From positions 1 through 57,928 of IMG/VR virus record IMGVR_UViG_3300045996_001284: DNA of 57,928 bases; one strand, 5' to 3'. Below the pieces are notes generated by a model. It saw only the letters and a list, made by a program, of their open reading frames with translations, ran no database searches and was not told the DNA's origin. This DNA comes from a virus. Taxonomy: Duplodnaviria; Caudoviricetes. This document shows, piece after piece, positions 8,810 through 19,080 of the stretch (positions are counted from its first letter, which is position 1; the number at the start of each line of letters is the position of its first letter). The translations under genes and the position numbers were made by a program.

Positions 8810-9924
8810 CAGGCTTCCAGCAGGAGCTTAGACGAATTGTCTTCGAGCAGCAGGAAGTCGCCGCTTTCGAGCAGCAGGGCCGACTCCGGCAGCGTGGACG
8901 TCCCGGTGTGTGCCTTGAACACCGTCACCTGCGGCTTCTCGCTGCCGGCAAGCGTCGGGATCGGATCGAGGTTGAGGAAGTAATCCTCGCCAGTCGAGGC
9001 ATTGTACCACCACGGACCACCAGCCCATCCCGTGAAGCCAATCCACACGTCGCGATTGGCGTCCATGAACTCCAGCTCGGCCTCAAGCTCGGCCAGGGCG
9101 GCGGAGCTTGTGCCAACGCCGGTCTCACCGAGAAAGAGCTTCTTATTGTTGCTGCGCGCCCAGCTTGTCGCCGCGCCCAATACGGTGGAGCCGGCGCCAG
9201 TAACCACGGTCGGACTGGTGCCGCTATAGTCGCTGTCGAGGTACTGGTGCAACTCGTAGGCATAGTTATTCTCGGGGTCCACCACTCCGAGCATCGTCGC
9301 CGCGTTTCCGCTGGAGACCCAACTATGAGCGCCACTCCAATACGATCCGGGCACGAGGCAAAGCTGTTTCGCGCCCTGCGCTCTGATGGCCGCGAGAGCC
9401 TGATTGTTTGCGATTAGCCAGTTTGCTGAGCTTATCCCGTTGGTGACGGTGGGCGCCATCGGCTCATTGCAAATGCCGAGGACGACGTTGTCCTTGTCCT
9501 TGATGTCGTCTGCGAGCTGGCTCCAGTATGAAACGAACAGGGCACGAGCAGTGCTGTCAGAAACGACCACGTGCTCGCCATCCAGTACCACCTGAGCATA
9601 ATGGTGGGGGTCCAGGATGCAGCGCCCGCCCTTGCCGGCGATGTAATCGACGAGGCCGAGCAAAATATCGCGGTCTTCATCGCGTGCAATTCGCTCGAAC
9701 AGAAAGGGCAGTCGGATGCAGTTGAAGCCTTTGCTGACTAGGTAATAATCAACCTCGGCCCTCGTCGGCCACGTATAGTCAGTGTCTCGCTTGCCAGGCA
9801 CTTTCGCCAAGTCGGTATGGCCGAACTCGGCGCCTGCGAGGTTTACGCCCGTAAGCCAGATTTGCGGTGACGTGGTGGGCGTTAGGCCGCGACTACTGCT
9901 CGCTATCACGCCTGCGAGGATCAG
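8809..9924 (-). CDS. GH5 endoglucanase (cellulase) domain virion-associated protein
   Basis: GVNLAGAEFG, IRLPFLFER, LDPHHY, NEP acid/base, HQYLDSD, GETG nucleophile, WAGGPWW; start is CTG 9924 or GTG 9909. Confidence 0.88.
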   Translation of the reverse strand: MILAGVIASSSRGLTPTTSPQIWLTGVNLAGAEFGHTDLAKVPGKRDTDYTWPTRAEVDYYLVSKGFNCIRLPFLFERIARDEDRDILLGLVDYIAGKGGRCILDPHHYAQVVLDGEHVVVSDSTARALFVSYWSQLADDIKDKDNVVLGICNEPMAPTVTNGISSANWLIANNQALAAIRAQGAKQLCLVPGSYWSGAHSWVSSGNAATMLGVVDPENNYAYELHQYLDSDYSGTSPTVVTGAGSTVLGAATSWARSNNKKLFLGETGVGTSSAALAELEAELEFMDANRDVWIGFTGWAGGPWWYNASTGEDYFLNLDPIPTLAGSEKPQVTVFKAHTGTSTLPESALLLESGDFLLLEDNSSKLLLEA

Positions 9925-10352
9925 GTCAGGTCTCCACCCAGCAACCACTCGTTGGTGCCGAGCTTGCGCAAGAAGCCCGTGCTGTATTGAGCGCGGAGTG
10001 ACATGCCGCGGTCCAGCGGCTTGTGGATAGTGACGCTCGTTCCAGGAGCTATGATGAAAGCCCCAGTGTTCTTCCGGCACAGGTTAATGACCGTGCCAAT
10101 CGGGAACGCGACAATGCCGTTCGGGCGCACGGTGCCGGTCACGGACGAGGTCGAGTTCGAGTCGACGAAGCAAAGCGGCGCGGCATCGGCGAGCCCGAAG
10201 TCAAACGCTCCGGTCTTGTTCCGCGTCGCTACCTGCGTGCCGAGATATTGCAAAAGGCTCTTCAGCAGCGCGTTAACAAGCGCCGTGTCGGGCCTCGGCG
10301 AGCCGCTGGCCGCGACCGCGGCGTCAATTTCCGTGGTGGTCGGGAGAGGCAT
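9921..10352 (-). CDS. Tail-fibre-associated hypothetical protein
   Basis: VAFPIGTVI...LRAQYS...NEWLLGGDLT, a common phage fibre module. Confidence 0.7.
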   Translation of the reverse strand: MPLPTTTEIDAAVAASGSPRPDTALVNALLKSLLQYLGTQVATRNKTGAFDFGLADAAPLCFVDSNSTSSVTGTVRPNGIVAFPIGTVINLCRKNTGAFIIAPGTSVTIHKPLDRGMSLRAQYSTGFLRKLGTNEWLLGGDLT

Positions 10353-10355
10353 CGC

Positions 10356-11231
10356 TTACTTCACCGCATGCAAGACGATGCGCCAGTTAGCGGGCGTCAG
10401 AGTGCCAGACGCGCCATTGGTCCAGTTGATGATGCTGATGGGGTCGTCATTGCACACGAACCCCACCTTAGTGCTGTCGGCCCAAATCATGATGTCGGAG
10501 CGCGGCACCTCGATCTCATTGCCGGTGGTCCAACCAAGCTGAGCGGTCTTGCAGACGAGATTGCCCCAGAACTTACTCGGAACGCTGCCGAGGCCGTGGT
10601 CAAAGTCGTTCTTGACCCCAGCCCCGATGGTGAACTCGTCACTGGCCTGCGGGCGGTAGCGCTTAAGCCGGCGTGGCGTGATAATAGCGTCGACCTTGGT
10701 GCCAGCGTCCGCGTCAGAGAGGCTGGACTCGCCCCAGGTTGCGCCGCCCGCGAGGCCAAGGAAGCTTCGGAAGGCCGCCTTGTCGCTGCCATACCACCGG
10801 CCGTACTCCAGCCACTGGCTACCGGTGTAGACCAAGCACAGCCGGGTGCCGGTGCTTCCCATTAGGAAGTCGGTCGTATCCGCGAGGAACACCTCGCTGG
10901 TCGAGCCGGCGTTGTGCTTGACCGTAACCTTGCGGGAACTGTCTGCGATCCGTAGCCACAGCACGCCGTGGCTGTTGCCGTTCGTGGTTGGCATGTTGGT
11001 GAGGTCGATGCCGACAAGGTCATCCGTAGCGGCTCCACCAAAGGTGTCGACACGGTTGAAGCACCGGGTCGGTGCTATCTTGCCGTTGGCGTCCAGGGTA
11101 ACGATCTGTTCGCGGGCACCGCCAGGAAGTTGCTTGGTCGCCTCCAGCCAGTCCTCGAAAAGAGCTTCTACGTCAGCATTGGATTTGCCAACCTCGGCCT
11201 CAAAAGAGGTCTCGGGAGGAAAAGCCGCCAT
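10356..11231 (-). CDS. Tail fibre-related protein
   Basis: Position; N-terminal domain similar to 13311..15329; HGLGSVP motif. Confidence 0.7.
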   Translation of the reverse strand: MAAFPPETSFEAEVGKSNADVEALFEDWLEATKQLPGGAREQIVTLDANGKIAPTRCFNRVDTFGGAATDDLVGIDLTNMPTTNGNSHGVLWLRIADSSRKVTVKHNAGSTSEVFLADTTDFLMGSTGTRLCLVYTGSQWLEYGRWYGSDKAAFRSFLGLAGGATWGESSLSDADAGTKVDAIITPRRLKRYRPQASDEFTIGAGVKNDFDHGLGSVPSKFWGNLVCKTAQLGWTTGNEIEVPRSDIMIWADSTKVGFVCNDDPISIINWTNGASGTLTPANWRIVLHAVK

Positions 11232-11827
11232 TAGCTAATCCTCCTGAAATCACCCCAGATCGTGTCCATGCCAAAGCCAGTGTAAATCATGAGATAGCCA
11301 GTAGTCATTCCGCCGATGATGGCCGAGGAGTGGCTAACGCTGATGCCAAGGTTGACTGCCGTCAGTGTCGCGGTATTTCCGCTCACCGATAGTTCCAGTT
11401 CGTGCTCAACGTTCAGGCCGAGGTTGACCAGCACATCACTCGTGTATTGCGTCCGCGTGCCATCGCCGTTGTAGGTCTGCATGCGGAACTTGTTGCTGAA
11501 CTCAGGGCTCAGCGTGTTAATGTTGCCCGGCGAGAACCTGAAACCCTTGAGGAAGCGCTGGACCTCCGTGTCACGAGTGGCCGTGGTGCCTGGCCAATTA
11601 GCCGGGATAGACGTAGGGGCGGAACTCGTGGCAATGACCCAGCCGTAGAGATTGAAAGCGCCCTCGGCCGTCGTAACGGGCGTAAGAACCTTACGGGTGC
11701 ATTTGCATCTGACCTTGAAAGGCTTGGTCAGTGCCGCGCGCGAGTACATCCGCACGCCACTCTCAAGGTCATCGTAAGCGCCGCCCGCGAGCCTGACCGC
11801 ATTCGTGAGCTGAGTGAGAGTGCCCAC
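11231..11827 (-). CDS. Hypothetical beta-rich (lectin-like) protein
   Basis: Coupled ORF within the fibre block. Confidence 0.6.
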   Translation of the reverse strand: MGTLTQLTNAVRLAGGAYDDLESGVRMYSRAALTKPFKVRCKCTRKVLTPVTTAEGAFNLYGWVIATSSAPTSIPANWPGTTATRDTEVQRFLKGFRFSPGNINTLSPEFSNKFRMQTYNGDGTRTQYTSDVLVNLGLNVEHELELSVSGNTATLTAVNLGISVSHSSAIIGGMTTGYLMIYTGFGMDTIWGDFRRIS

Positions 11828-11832
11828 GGCTG

Positions 11833-13314
11833 CTAGGACTCCGAGCCGAACGGCCCGACATCGACTGTCGTGAGCTTCTTGGGGGCTGCCGGCCGTGGGT
11901 ATGAGGTGATGCCGCGGCGGCCGAAGGTGCCTGAAATGGTGGTCACGATGCCGGTGCAGTTTTCGAGGATTGTGCGTAGCGGTGGCTTGGGAGGAGGATT
12001 ATTCGCATTCCAGCCCCCAATCTCGATGCTGCCGTCATGATCGATTGCAACAGCATCTTCGGCATAAACGATACCGCTGTCTCCAGAACGGAGCTGGTCC
12101 CCAGAAATCTGCCCACCGTTAACCCCGAGCTTGCCTTTGTTCCTGACTGCAATCGAGTTGTGATCGCTGAGCTGAAGATCGCCGCCTTCGACCCAGTTAC
12201 GGCGATAAACGTTGCGCATGCCGTGCCGGTTGTTGATATTAGTCGCCTGACCGGCGCCACCGAGTACCGTGTTCCCCTCAACCACATTATCACTCGATTT
12301 TATTTCGATGCCGTTGTTCTCATCATTCGCGTAAACAAGATTTTCGATAATCTGGCATTTAAATGCCTTAGCGCTGTCGGCCTTGCTCCCTCCAGAAGAG
12401 ATGACCGCGCTTGGCGTCCCGGGCGCCGTTGCTGTCTTGCCGGTCAGTACGCACCGCTTGATGGTGTTGCGAAAGCCGGCATTGCGAATACCCTCTTTGT
12501 CAAAGCCGGAGGTCTCACACCAGTCAGCCGTACAATCATCACCATTAATTATGATTGTATTCCGATCGGCGTTTCGGACACCATTACACCGGCAGCGATG
12601 CGCGCGGGTCCGGTCGCCGTTGAGGTCGATGCCTTTAGGTACATCGCAGCGAGCGATGATGACATTGGCTGAGCTTAGCGTTACCCGACCTGTAATCCTC
12701 GCCTTCAAGGTGGAAGAGGCATAAATCTGGATCGGGTCGTTGGTTGTGCCTGTTGACCGGGTGACAGTGAGGTTCCCCGTATAGTCACCGTCCGACAGGA
12801 TAATGCGCCGCCCGGCGGGCGCGATGCTCAACGCAGAAGTCAGCGCGGCCATGTTGGCTACGGTTACGGTGCTGAGCGGGGCAGGCAATCCGGCGACGGG
12901 CTCGGGCGGATCGGCTCCATCGCCGAGCTGAACCCCCCAATTCACCGCATAGTTGCTGCCAATGGCTATATCGCCGTCAGGCGGCTCCTCGATCGGCGAA
13001 ACCCTGGCTTCGCGTAGCGCCTCGAAGCCAAACCGGGTCGGCTTGACCAGAACATCATCCGTGCCAGCCGGCAGCTCTGCAATCGAGATGAACAACGAAA
13101 ACGTAGTTTTGAGATAGGATGCGCTTCCCCAGGCGACGCCGGAAGCTAGTGCCGTCTTGACGATATAGCCCGTGAAGTCATCCGGCTCCTGGTAGGTCCA
13201 GACGACACGGTCATCCTCGACTCGAATGTCCGTAATCGGGTCCGGCGCCAGAATGGGTGGCTTCTCCACGAAGCCCACAGGGGCCGCGTGGACCAGGGAA
13301 AGGCCGGGAATCAC
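11833..13314 (-). CDS. PL6-like (chondroitinase B/alginate lyase) beta-helix depolymerase with N-terminal FN3-like domain
   Basis: ALTSALSIAPAGRRIILSDGDY...GTTNDPIQI; IEIKSSDN...NNRHG. Confidence 0.75.
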   Translation of the reverse strand: MIPGLSLVHAAPVGFVEKPPILAPDPITDIRVEDDRVVWTYQEPDDFTGYIVKTALASGVAWGSASYLKTTFSLFISIAELPAGTDDVLVKPTRFGFEALREARVSPIEEPPDGDIAIGSNYAVNWGVQLGDGADPPEPVAGLPAPLSTVTVANMAALTSALSIAPAGRRIILSDGDYTGNLTVTRSTGTTNDPIQIYASSTLKARITGRVTLSSANVIIARCDVPKGIDLNGDRTRAHRCRCNGVRNADRNTIIINGDDCTADWCETSGFDKEGIRNAGFRNTIKRCVLTGKTATAPGTPSAVISSGGSKADSAKAFKCQIIENLVYANDENNGIEIKSSDNVVEGNTVLGGAGQATNINNRHGMRNVYRRNWVEGGDLQLSDHNSIAVRNKGKLGVNGGQISGDQLRSGDSGIVYAEDAVAIDHDGSIEIGGWNANNPPPKPPLRTILENCTGIVTTISGTFGRRGITSYPRPAAPKKLTTVDVGPFGSES

Positions 13315-15329
13315 GAGGTAGGGCCGAGAGCCAGGACAGCGATGGTGGACGATGCGACCTTCGCTGCTACCGATCCGTCCGCCGACGCGTACTTTGTCGC
13401 GAAAGTGTCGGTGGTAAGCGAGCGCGCAAGCAAGGTCATTGCACCCCAGCTCATCGGGGAATACTGGAGCGTGACGCCGCTCACGACGCGCCCGGAATGG
13501 ATCGCCTGGGGACCGACTGCCGAGCCATTGCGCTGAAACTCGACCTTGCAGCCCATGCCCGCATCGTCATTGGCGGCATGAGCCTGCATGGTCGCCAGCA
13601 CCAGCGACCGCCAGCCGGACTGCAAGTTGGTGTCCTTGCTCACCTTGTTCTGGAGCGTGGCGCTGGTCGTGGTGCCACTCTCGGCGATGCTCTCGCCGCT
13701 GTCGAAAGTCTGGAAGCGGGCGGCAGCCAGGATGAAGACGATGCCGTGCGTGGCCGTCGCCGTACCGCCAGAACCACCGCTCTTGATCTGGACGGTGACA
13801 GTCGTGCTGCCGCTGAGGCTCAGGACACGGAAGGTCGAGAACAGCCCCTTGCCAGGGTCGATATTGGAACAGAGGGTCTCGTTGTAGCTGGTGCCGCCCG
13901 CCGTAATCTTGCCGTAGAAGCGGTGGTCCGTCGACGTTGCCACCGTGAACTGGCCGCCTACAACGTAGGTGCCGGCCGGCAGCGTCATCGTCTTGGTGGC
14001 AACTATCTGATAAGTCTCGGCGTCGTCGTCAGCGACGCCGCTCTGGCTGGCAAAGCCCTCGTCCGTCTCCAGCTTGAGAGCCAGGAACTCGGGGCTCTGC
14101 ACGCGGGTGCTGTAGGTGCTGCTGGAGCCGTTGGCTGCCTCCAGCCGATAGGTCTGGGCGGTCGGCGACGCGCCGAAGGTCGCGCCCAGCATGAAGACGC
14201 TACGCTGCACCTGCGAAGCCACGCGCGGCCTGCCGACCTCGCATAGCGCCGTGGTCGGGGCCGCAGTGTTTACCAGTCGCGCACTGGAATTGTTCGTCGT
14301 GTTAATCGCGTCTGCGCTCAGCGTCATGTCGCAGAAGAGGAGGTAATCGGACGAGGCGGCGGGCGTGAACGTGAGGCTGCCGCAGGCAACGAAGGCCGTG
14401 CTGCCTGTCGGCAGATTGACGGTGGGAAGCGGCGTCGTGTTGCGGGCGTAGCTGCGGACGATGGCGCCGCCGCCACCGCCATCGTCCGCCGTCTCGCCGT
14501 GTAGCCACCAAGCCAGGGTGCCGTTGTTCTGCTCGCGCAGGATACTCTGGACTACCGCCCCGTCACCCATCCCGCGATCGTGGTTCAGTACGTGGTTCGG
14601 CGTAGTCCCGGTGTGCGTGACGAAGGTGAGGAGCGAGGCGCACTGGCTCCAAGTGACGTTGTGGCCCTTTAGCCACCCACTGCCGGTCTCGTTCGGGTCC
14701 GGCAACTCGACCTCGCAATCCTCGCGGATATCCTTCCACTTGCCGCTGTCGGTCAGGATGGCGACGTACTCACCGCCGACGACGAGAGCATCTTCCATCG
14801 TCCAGCGGAGGCGGGACACCGGCTGGTCGCCGCCGTCGAGCGGCTCTGTCAGCTCGCCCGTGAATCCGCTCGTGCCGGCGAACCCGTCGCGTCGCAGCTC
14901 GTAAATGGTGGAGCCGCGCCGCTCGACCGTGATGCTTTTCTCTAGGCTGTCGAGCCGGACCGTACCGCCGGCCTCGTCTACCGCATTGAGACTGAACTCG
15001 CCGCCGCCCGTGCCGGCGTTGCTGAGGTGGACGATATCCACGACGTGGCCGAAGTCCGCCTGCCGGAGCCGAACCTCTAGGTTTTCGGGCAGAGTATCGA
15101 GGTCAATCTCGGTCAGTTGGTCGAGGCTGGCGGCCCCTTCTGTCTGGACGAGCACATTGCGGCTGCTGTCGAGGCTGAGCACACCGGAGATAAGCGTGCG
15201 CGTCTCTGCGGCTGCAACGTCCGGGCTCTGCGCCAACACCTCGGCCGCATCATAGAGGTTCTGGAAGGTCTGGCCTTCGTTGACCCCGGTCGCTGGCAAC
15301 GACTTGATAGGCAAGTCAGTATCCGCCAA
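13311..15329 (-). CDS. Tail fibre protein
   Basis: Follows the J-like gene; Ser/Thr/Gly-rich repeated beta domains. Confidence 0.75.
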   Translation of the reverse strand: MADTDLPIKSLPATGVNEGQTFQNLYDAAEVLAQSPDVAAAETRTLISGVLSLDSSRNVLVQTEGAASLDQLTEIDLDTLPENLEVRLRQADFGHVVDIVHLSNAGTGGGEFSLNAVDEAGGTVRLDSLEKSITVERRGSTIYELRRDGFAGTSGFTGELTEPLDGGDQPVSRLRWTMEDALVVGGEYVAILTDSGKWKDIREDCEVELPDPNETGSGWLKGHNVTWSQCASLLTFVTHTGTTPNHVLNHDRGMGDGAVVQSILREQNNGTLAWWLHGETADDGGGGGAIVRSYARNTTPLPTVNLPTGSTAFVACGSLTFTPAASSDYLLFCDMTLSADAINTTNNSSARLVNTAAPTTALCEVGRPRVASQVQRSVFMLGATFGASPTAQTYRLEAANGSSSTYSTRVQSPEFLALKLETDEGFASQSGVADDDAETYQIVATKTMTLPAGTYVVGGQFTVATSTDHRFYGKITAGGTSYNETLCSNIDPGKGLFSTFRVLSLSGSTTVTVQIKSGGSGGTATATHGIVFILAAARFQTFDSGESIAESGTTTSATLQNKVSKDTNLQSGWRSLVLATMQAHAANDDAGMGCKVEFQRNGSAVGPQAIHSGRVVSGVTLQYSPMSWGAMTLLARSLTTDTFATKYASADGSVAAKVASSTIAVLALGPTS

Positions 15330-18300
15330 CCGTCACGTCGACCACGGCCGCCACACTGGCGCCGGTTGCGTCATAGGCCGTGATGCGGGGCTGGAGCGTC
15401 CCCTTAGATTCGTGCTTGACCACGATGGCACTCGTCCCATCCTCCAACGTGCTGTGTATCCAGTCGATGCCGCGATAGTCGCTGGCGAGCGGGAGCCGCG
15501 TGCCGCCTGCCGGCAGGGTGAAATCGGCCACCGCTTCCTTGATCTCCGCGCCCATGACGATGATTTTGGCCGCGAGGATGCGGGCACGAACCGCGGTGCC
15601 GCCGCGACCGATGACGCGAAAGCGGATGACCTCGCCCGCGATCGGGCGCAGGCCATCACGCCAAGGCGTGAAGGGGCGACTGCTCGCAGTGCCGGACAGA
15701 TAGAAGCCAAGGGGCACCCAGCCTGGCGGCAGAAGCTCCTCGGCAGGCGGAAGAAGATTATCAGCGTACTGAGAGACCTGATCAGTCGCCCAAGTGTAGG
15801 CGATCCGCAGCTCGCCCTCGGTCAGGCGCTCGAACATAAGATAGTCTGTCGAGCGAACGTTGCTTGGGCAGGTGTACTCAAATTCCCAAGTGAACGTCTC
15901 AAAGCTGCCTGCCAGCCAGTCTGCGTCTTGTGGCGACAGCCAGTCGCCATCCGCCGGGCCAAGCCATACTGAGTTGTCCAGAGCTTCGAGCACGCCGCCG
16001 TTGATCTCAGCGCCCGTGATGGCGCCGCCGCTGGTCGGGCCGCTCCACTTCGTCGTGCCGGTCGGGGTCGTCCAATCCACGTCACCAGCCGCCGAGGTCC
16101 AACTTAGCTGAGCCGACGCGGCGCCCACCGCGGGGAAGCCCTCGGCCGCCAAGTCGCGGCTGAAAACCCTGTAGGCGGTCGGACGTGGGATGCCAGCCAC
16201 GAGCACCCGACCGGCGATTGCAGACTGCACGCCGGCTGTCGTCTCGGCCTTGACCAGAAGCTCAACGGCATCGCTCGGGACTTCGAGCAACAGCACGTAG
16301 TCGGTGAGGACCAAGCCATCCGTCAGGCGTTCGGCTGCATCCCAGCCTTGCCCCGACGTGGTCGTGAAACGGACGCGGAAGCCAGCATGATCGGGCGGCA
16401 GCGGCGGTGACAGCCAGGAGATGCGGTCACCCGCGACGTAGACGACCGTCACATCCGAGGGAGCCAGCGACGGGCCGCCGAGAGTGTGCGTGACCGTAGG
16501 CGACCAGCCCCCATACTGCGGCTGGCCTTTCTTGCTGTTGCCCAGGATGTACCGGGCGCGAATGTCGTAGGTTTCGCCCTTCCTCACGTCATCGTACCGG
16601 ATCACTTCCGCCGAGGCCGGGTGTTCGCGATGGCGGGCGGGGTCTCCGGTGCTCACCTCCTGCACGCTCAACTGCACGCCCGTCACCGTATGGCTGCGGA
16701 CGGTCGAACTGCGGCGCAAGCGGACCACGACGGCCAGCTTGTGGCTGCCGTCAGCATCGCGGAGCAACGAGCCTTCGTCCGAGGTCACGATGTCGATGTA
16801 GGGAACGACAGCCTCACGCGGCGCGGTCACCAATGCATCCCACGGCGGGATAGGGCCATCTTCCGCGTTGAACACGCCCGCCCCGTAAGGAATCAGCGTG
16901 ACGGTGGCTGACAGTTCCGGACCGGGCCGGATGTTGGTGACCAACACCTCCATCGACTCGCGACCAGACATGCCGACCATGACCATATCGCCAACAGCCG
17001 GCTCGCCATCGCCGTCATCGTCGCCGACGCGGGTGAGGACGTTATTCTCGCCACTCCAGTTGGTGATCGGTGACGTGTAGGTACTGCCATCGGCGCAGCG
17101 GACGCGCACGACCAGCGAGCCCGTACCATCCCAAACAATCCGTTCATCCAGAATCAGGTCGGTGCCGTCAATTTCCTTGATGCGACCAAAGCCGGAGCCG
17201 ACCAACACAGTGTCATAACTGAGGCGACCTTTCGATCCGCGCATGAATGTTAGCCATTCCCAATCCATCTCGACTTCGTATTGTTCTGGCCTGAGTTTTA
17301 TCTCCGCTAGCCGCTTGCGCCCGTGCTTGTAGATGAGGTCGTGCCGAGTAACTCCCGGCATCTCCCAATCTTCGTACCTGTCCGAGTTGTTCTCGTCGTA
17401 GCCATCATCGTAAACGTCTTTGGTTCGCTCTTTCCAGTCGTTGTCCTCGTCTACGAAGCTGACCCGTAGCGCATGCGGCTGCTTGGCGAATATCTTGCGC
17501 CAGCGCACGTTACGACAGTTACGGGGCGTCAGGTGAAATTCGTCGGTTGTCTTGGGCACGTCTATGCATACGGTGTACTTTCCGTCGATCTCCATCGGCC
17601 TGGCGCGCCCGCAGCCGGCGACAATGTGCAGCAAGTCATCCGTCGAAATGTCTTTGTCGTTGACGAAATTGCACGTCCAATTGTAATACTCGCACAACCC
17701 GTGCCAGTATTCCAATGTGGTTAGGTCGATTTCGTCGTCATCAACTCTGTTCGGGTTGGCGTAGCTCTGGAGCACATGCCGGAACAGACTGGCCGGGTTC
17801 TGCGTCGGTGTCTGGACCCAGCTATCACTACTGCTCTTATAGTCCTTGCAGATAGTGGTAGCGATGATGGAGAAGTCGTCAATCCGGCCTTCAAGTTGCC
17901 GCGAGGCGCGGATGCGGAGCGCATAGAGTATGCTATACTTGTTGCGGACCGGCCGCTCGTTCTGGAAGCTTCGGACAAGCTCGATCCACGAGCGATGCTG
18001 GCGACGGTTGGACTCGTAGTCTTCCGTCGTGCGGCGGATTTGGATGTCGTACTGGCCTTTATCTGGGAACGAAAAATTCATCGTCCTGACAACCGGACGC
18101 CCTGTCCTTCCCTCGTACCGGCGCTCTTCCTCCTCAGACCAGTCGTCGGTTCCCGTCAAAGCCCATCGGGTGTGGACGTGGACGGCCTGCGGAGCAATGT
18201 CGCCGTCGCTATGCGTCCACTGCAACCCCTGCCGGAATGCAAGATCAAGCTGCGCCTTGTCGCAGTCGGGACGGGTAGTAAAAGTCACCGGTCCGTCCGC

Positions 18301-19080
18301 TTCCGTGATCTCGCGGCCCTCAGCGTCTTCTACGACGGACCTTTTAAAGAGGCTGACTTCCTGATCCTCGCCGGGAACGCCGGACGAAGTCTCAGTGTCT
18401 ACGTCGTCATACTTGTCGAGCCCGTTCTCACCGATACGCGGGTCCTGAAGATGCAGCGGACCATAGCCAAGGTCCATGAGCATGCAGAAGTATTGTTCGT
18501 CTTCCTCGTATTCGCTGTATGACTGCGCCGCGAGGTCGGGAAAGATACGGTGCCGCCCGAGCACCTGCATGACCGGGCCTTTCAGGCGCGCGCGGTTGCT
18601 GGCGCCCTCGATGGCGTAGTGCTCGCCCTCGCTGGGGGCGCTGTTGTTGGCTAGCTGCGGGACCTCGGGCGGGATCAGCGCATTGATGGCCATCATGCCA
18701 GCGATGGTGATGCTGGCTGACAGCAGTGCGCCGCCGAGCGTGCCGGCTCCCATGCCAAGGGCAGCCGGGGCCGCATACGGCGCGGCAATAGCCGCGGCGA
18801 TAACCGCCACCGTCAACGCGATGCGGAGCCCGCCGCCGCCCTCCGGGACGGGTACGATGATGACCGCAGTGCCGGTCTTGGGCCGGTAATGCTTCCAGAA
18901 CGTCTGGGGGACCGGATCGCCGTTGACTTGGCACTTCAGGACCGGGCGCAGCTTCGCCGGGAACGGGATGGCATCGGCCATCGCCTGAAGCGATGTGCCT
19001 TCAGGAAAAGTGAATGGCTCGGCAATCTGCGAAAACGGCCTGGTACGGGCCGCGACGCGAACCTGACGCTCAGAAAGCAA
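15316..19080 (-). CDS. Tail tip / host-specificity protein J-like (with I-like N-terminus)
   Basis: 1254 aa; VLGRHRIFP, DLGYGPL, TQNPA, FN3-like C-terminal region. Confidence 0.88.
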   Translation of the reverse strand: MLSERQVRVAARTRPFSQIAEPFTFPEGTSLQAMADAIPFPAKLRPVLKCQVNGDPVPQTFWKHYRPKTGTAVIIVPVPEGGGGLRIALTVAVIAAAIAAPYAAPAALGMGAGTLGGALLSASITIAGMMAINALIPPEVPQLANNSAPSEGEHYAIEGASNRARLKGPVMQVLGRHRIFPDLAAQSYSEYEEDEQYFCMLMDLGYGPLHLQDPRIGENGLDKYDDVDTETSSGVPGEDQEVSLFKRSVVEDAEGREITEADGPVTFTTRPDCDKAQLDLAFRQGLQWTHSDGDIAPQAVHVHTRWALTGTDDWSEEEERRYEGRTGRPVVRTMNFSFPDKGQYDIQIRRTTEDYESNRRQHRSWIELVRSFQNERPVRNKYSILYALRIRASRQLEGRIDDFSIIATTICKDYKSSSDSWVQTPTQNPASLFRHVLQSYANPNRVDDDEIDLTTLEYWHGLCEYYNWTCNFVNDKDISTDDLLHIVAGCGRARPMEIDGKYTVCIDVPKTTDEFHLTPRNCRNVRWRKIFAKQPHALRVSFVDEDNDWKERTKDVYDDGYDENNSDRYEDWEMPGVTRHDLIYKHGRKRLAEIKLRPEQYEVEMDWEWLTFMRGSKGRLSYDTVLVGSGFGRIKEIDGTDLILDERIVWDGTGSLVVRVRCADGSTYTSPITNWSGENNVLTRVGDDDGDGEPAVGDMVMVGMSGRESMEVLVTNIRPGPELSATVTLIPYGAGVFNAEDGPIPPWDALVTAPREAVVPYIDIVTSDEGSLLRDADGSHKLAVVVRLRRSSTVRSHTVTGVQLSVQEVSTGDPARHREHPASAEVIRYDDVRKGETYDIRARYILGNSKKGQPQYGGWSPTVTHTLGGPSLAPSDVTVVYVAGDRISWLSPPLPPDHAGFRVRFTTTSGQGWDAAERLTDGLVLTDYVLLLEVPSDAVELLVKAETTAGVQSAIAGRVLVAGIPRPTAYRVFSRDLAAEGFPAVGAASAQLSWTSAAGDVDWTTPTGTTKWSGPTSGGAITGAEINGGVLEALDNSVWLGPADGDWLSPQDADWLAGSFETFTWEFEYTCPSNVRSTDYLMFERLTEGELRIAYTWATDQVSQYADNLLPPAEELLPPGWVPLGFYLSGTASSRPFTPWRDGLRPIAGEVIRFRVIGRGGTAVRARILAAKIIVMGAEIKEAVADFTLPAGGTRLPLASDYRGIDWIHSTLEDGTSAIVVKHESKGTLQPRITAYDATGASVAAVVDVTVGGY

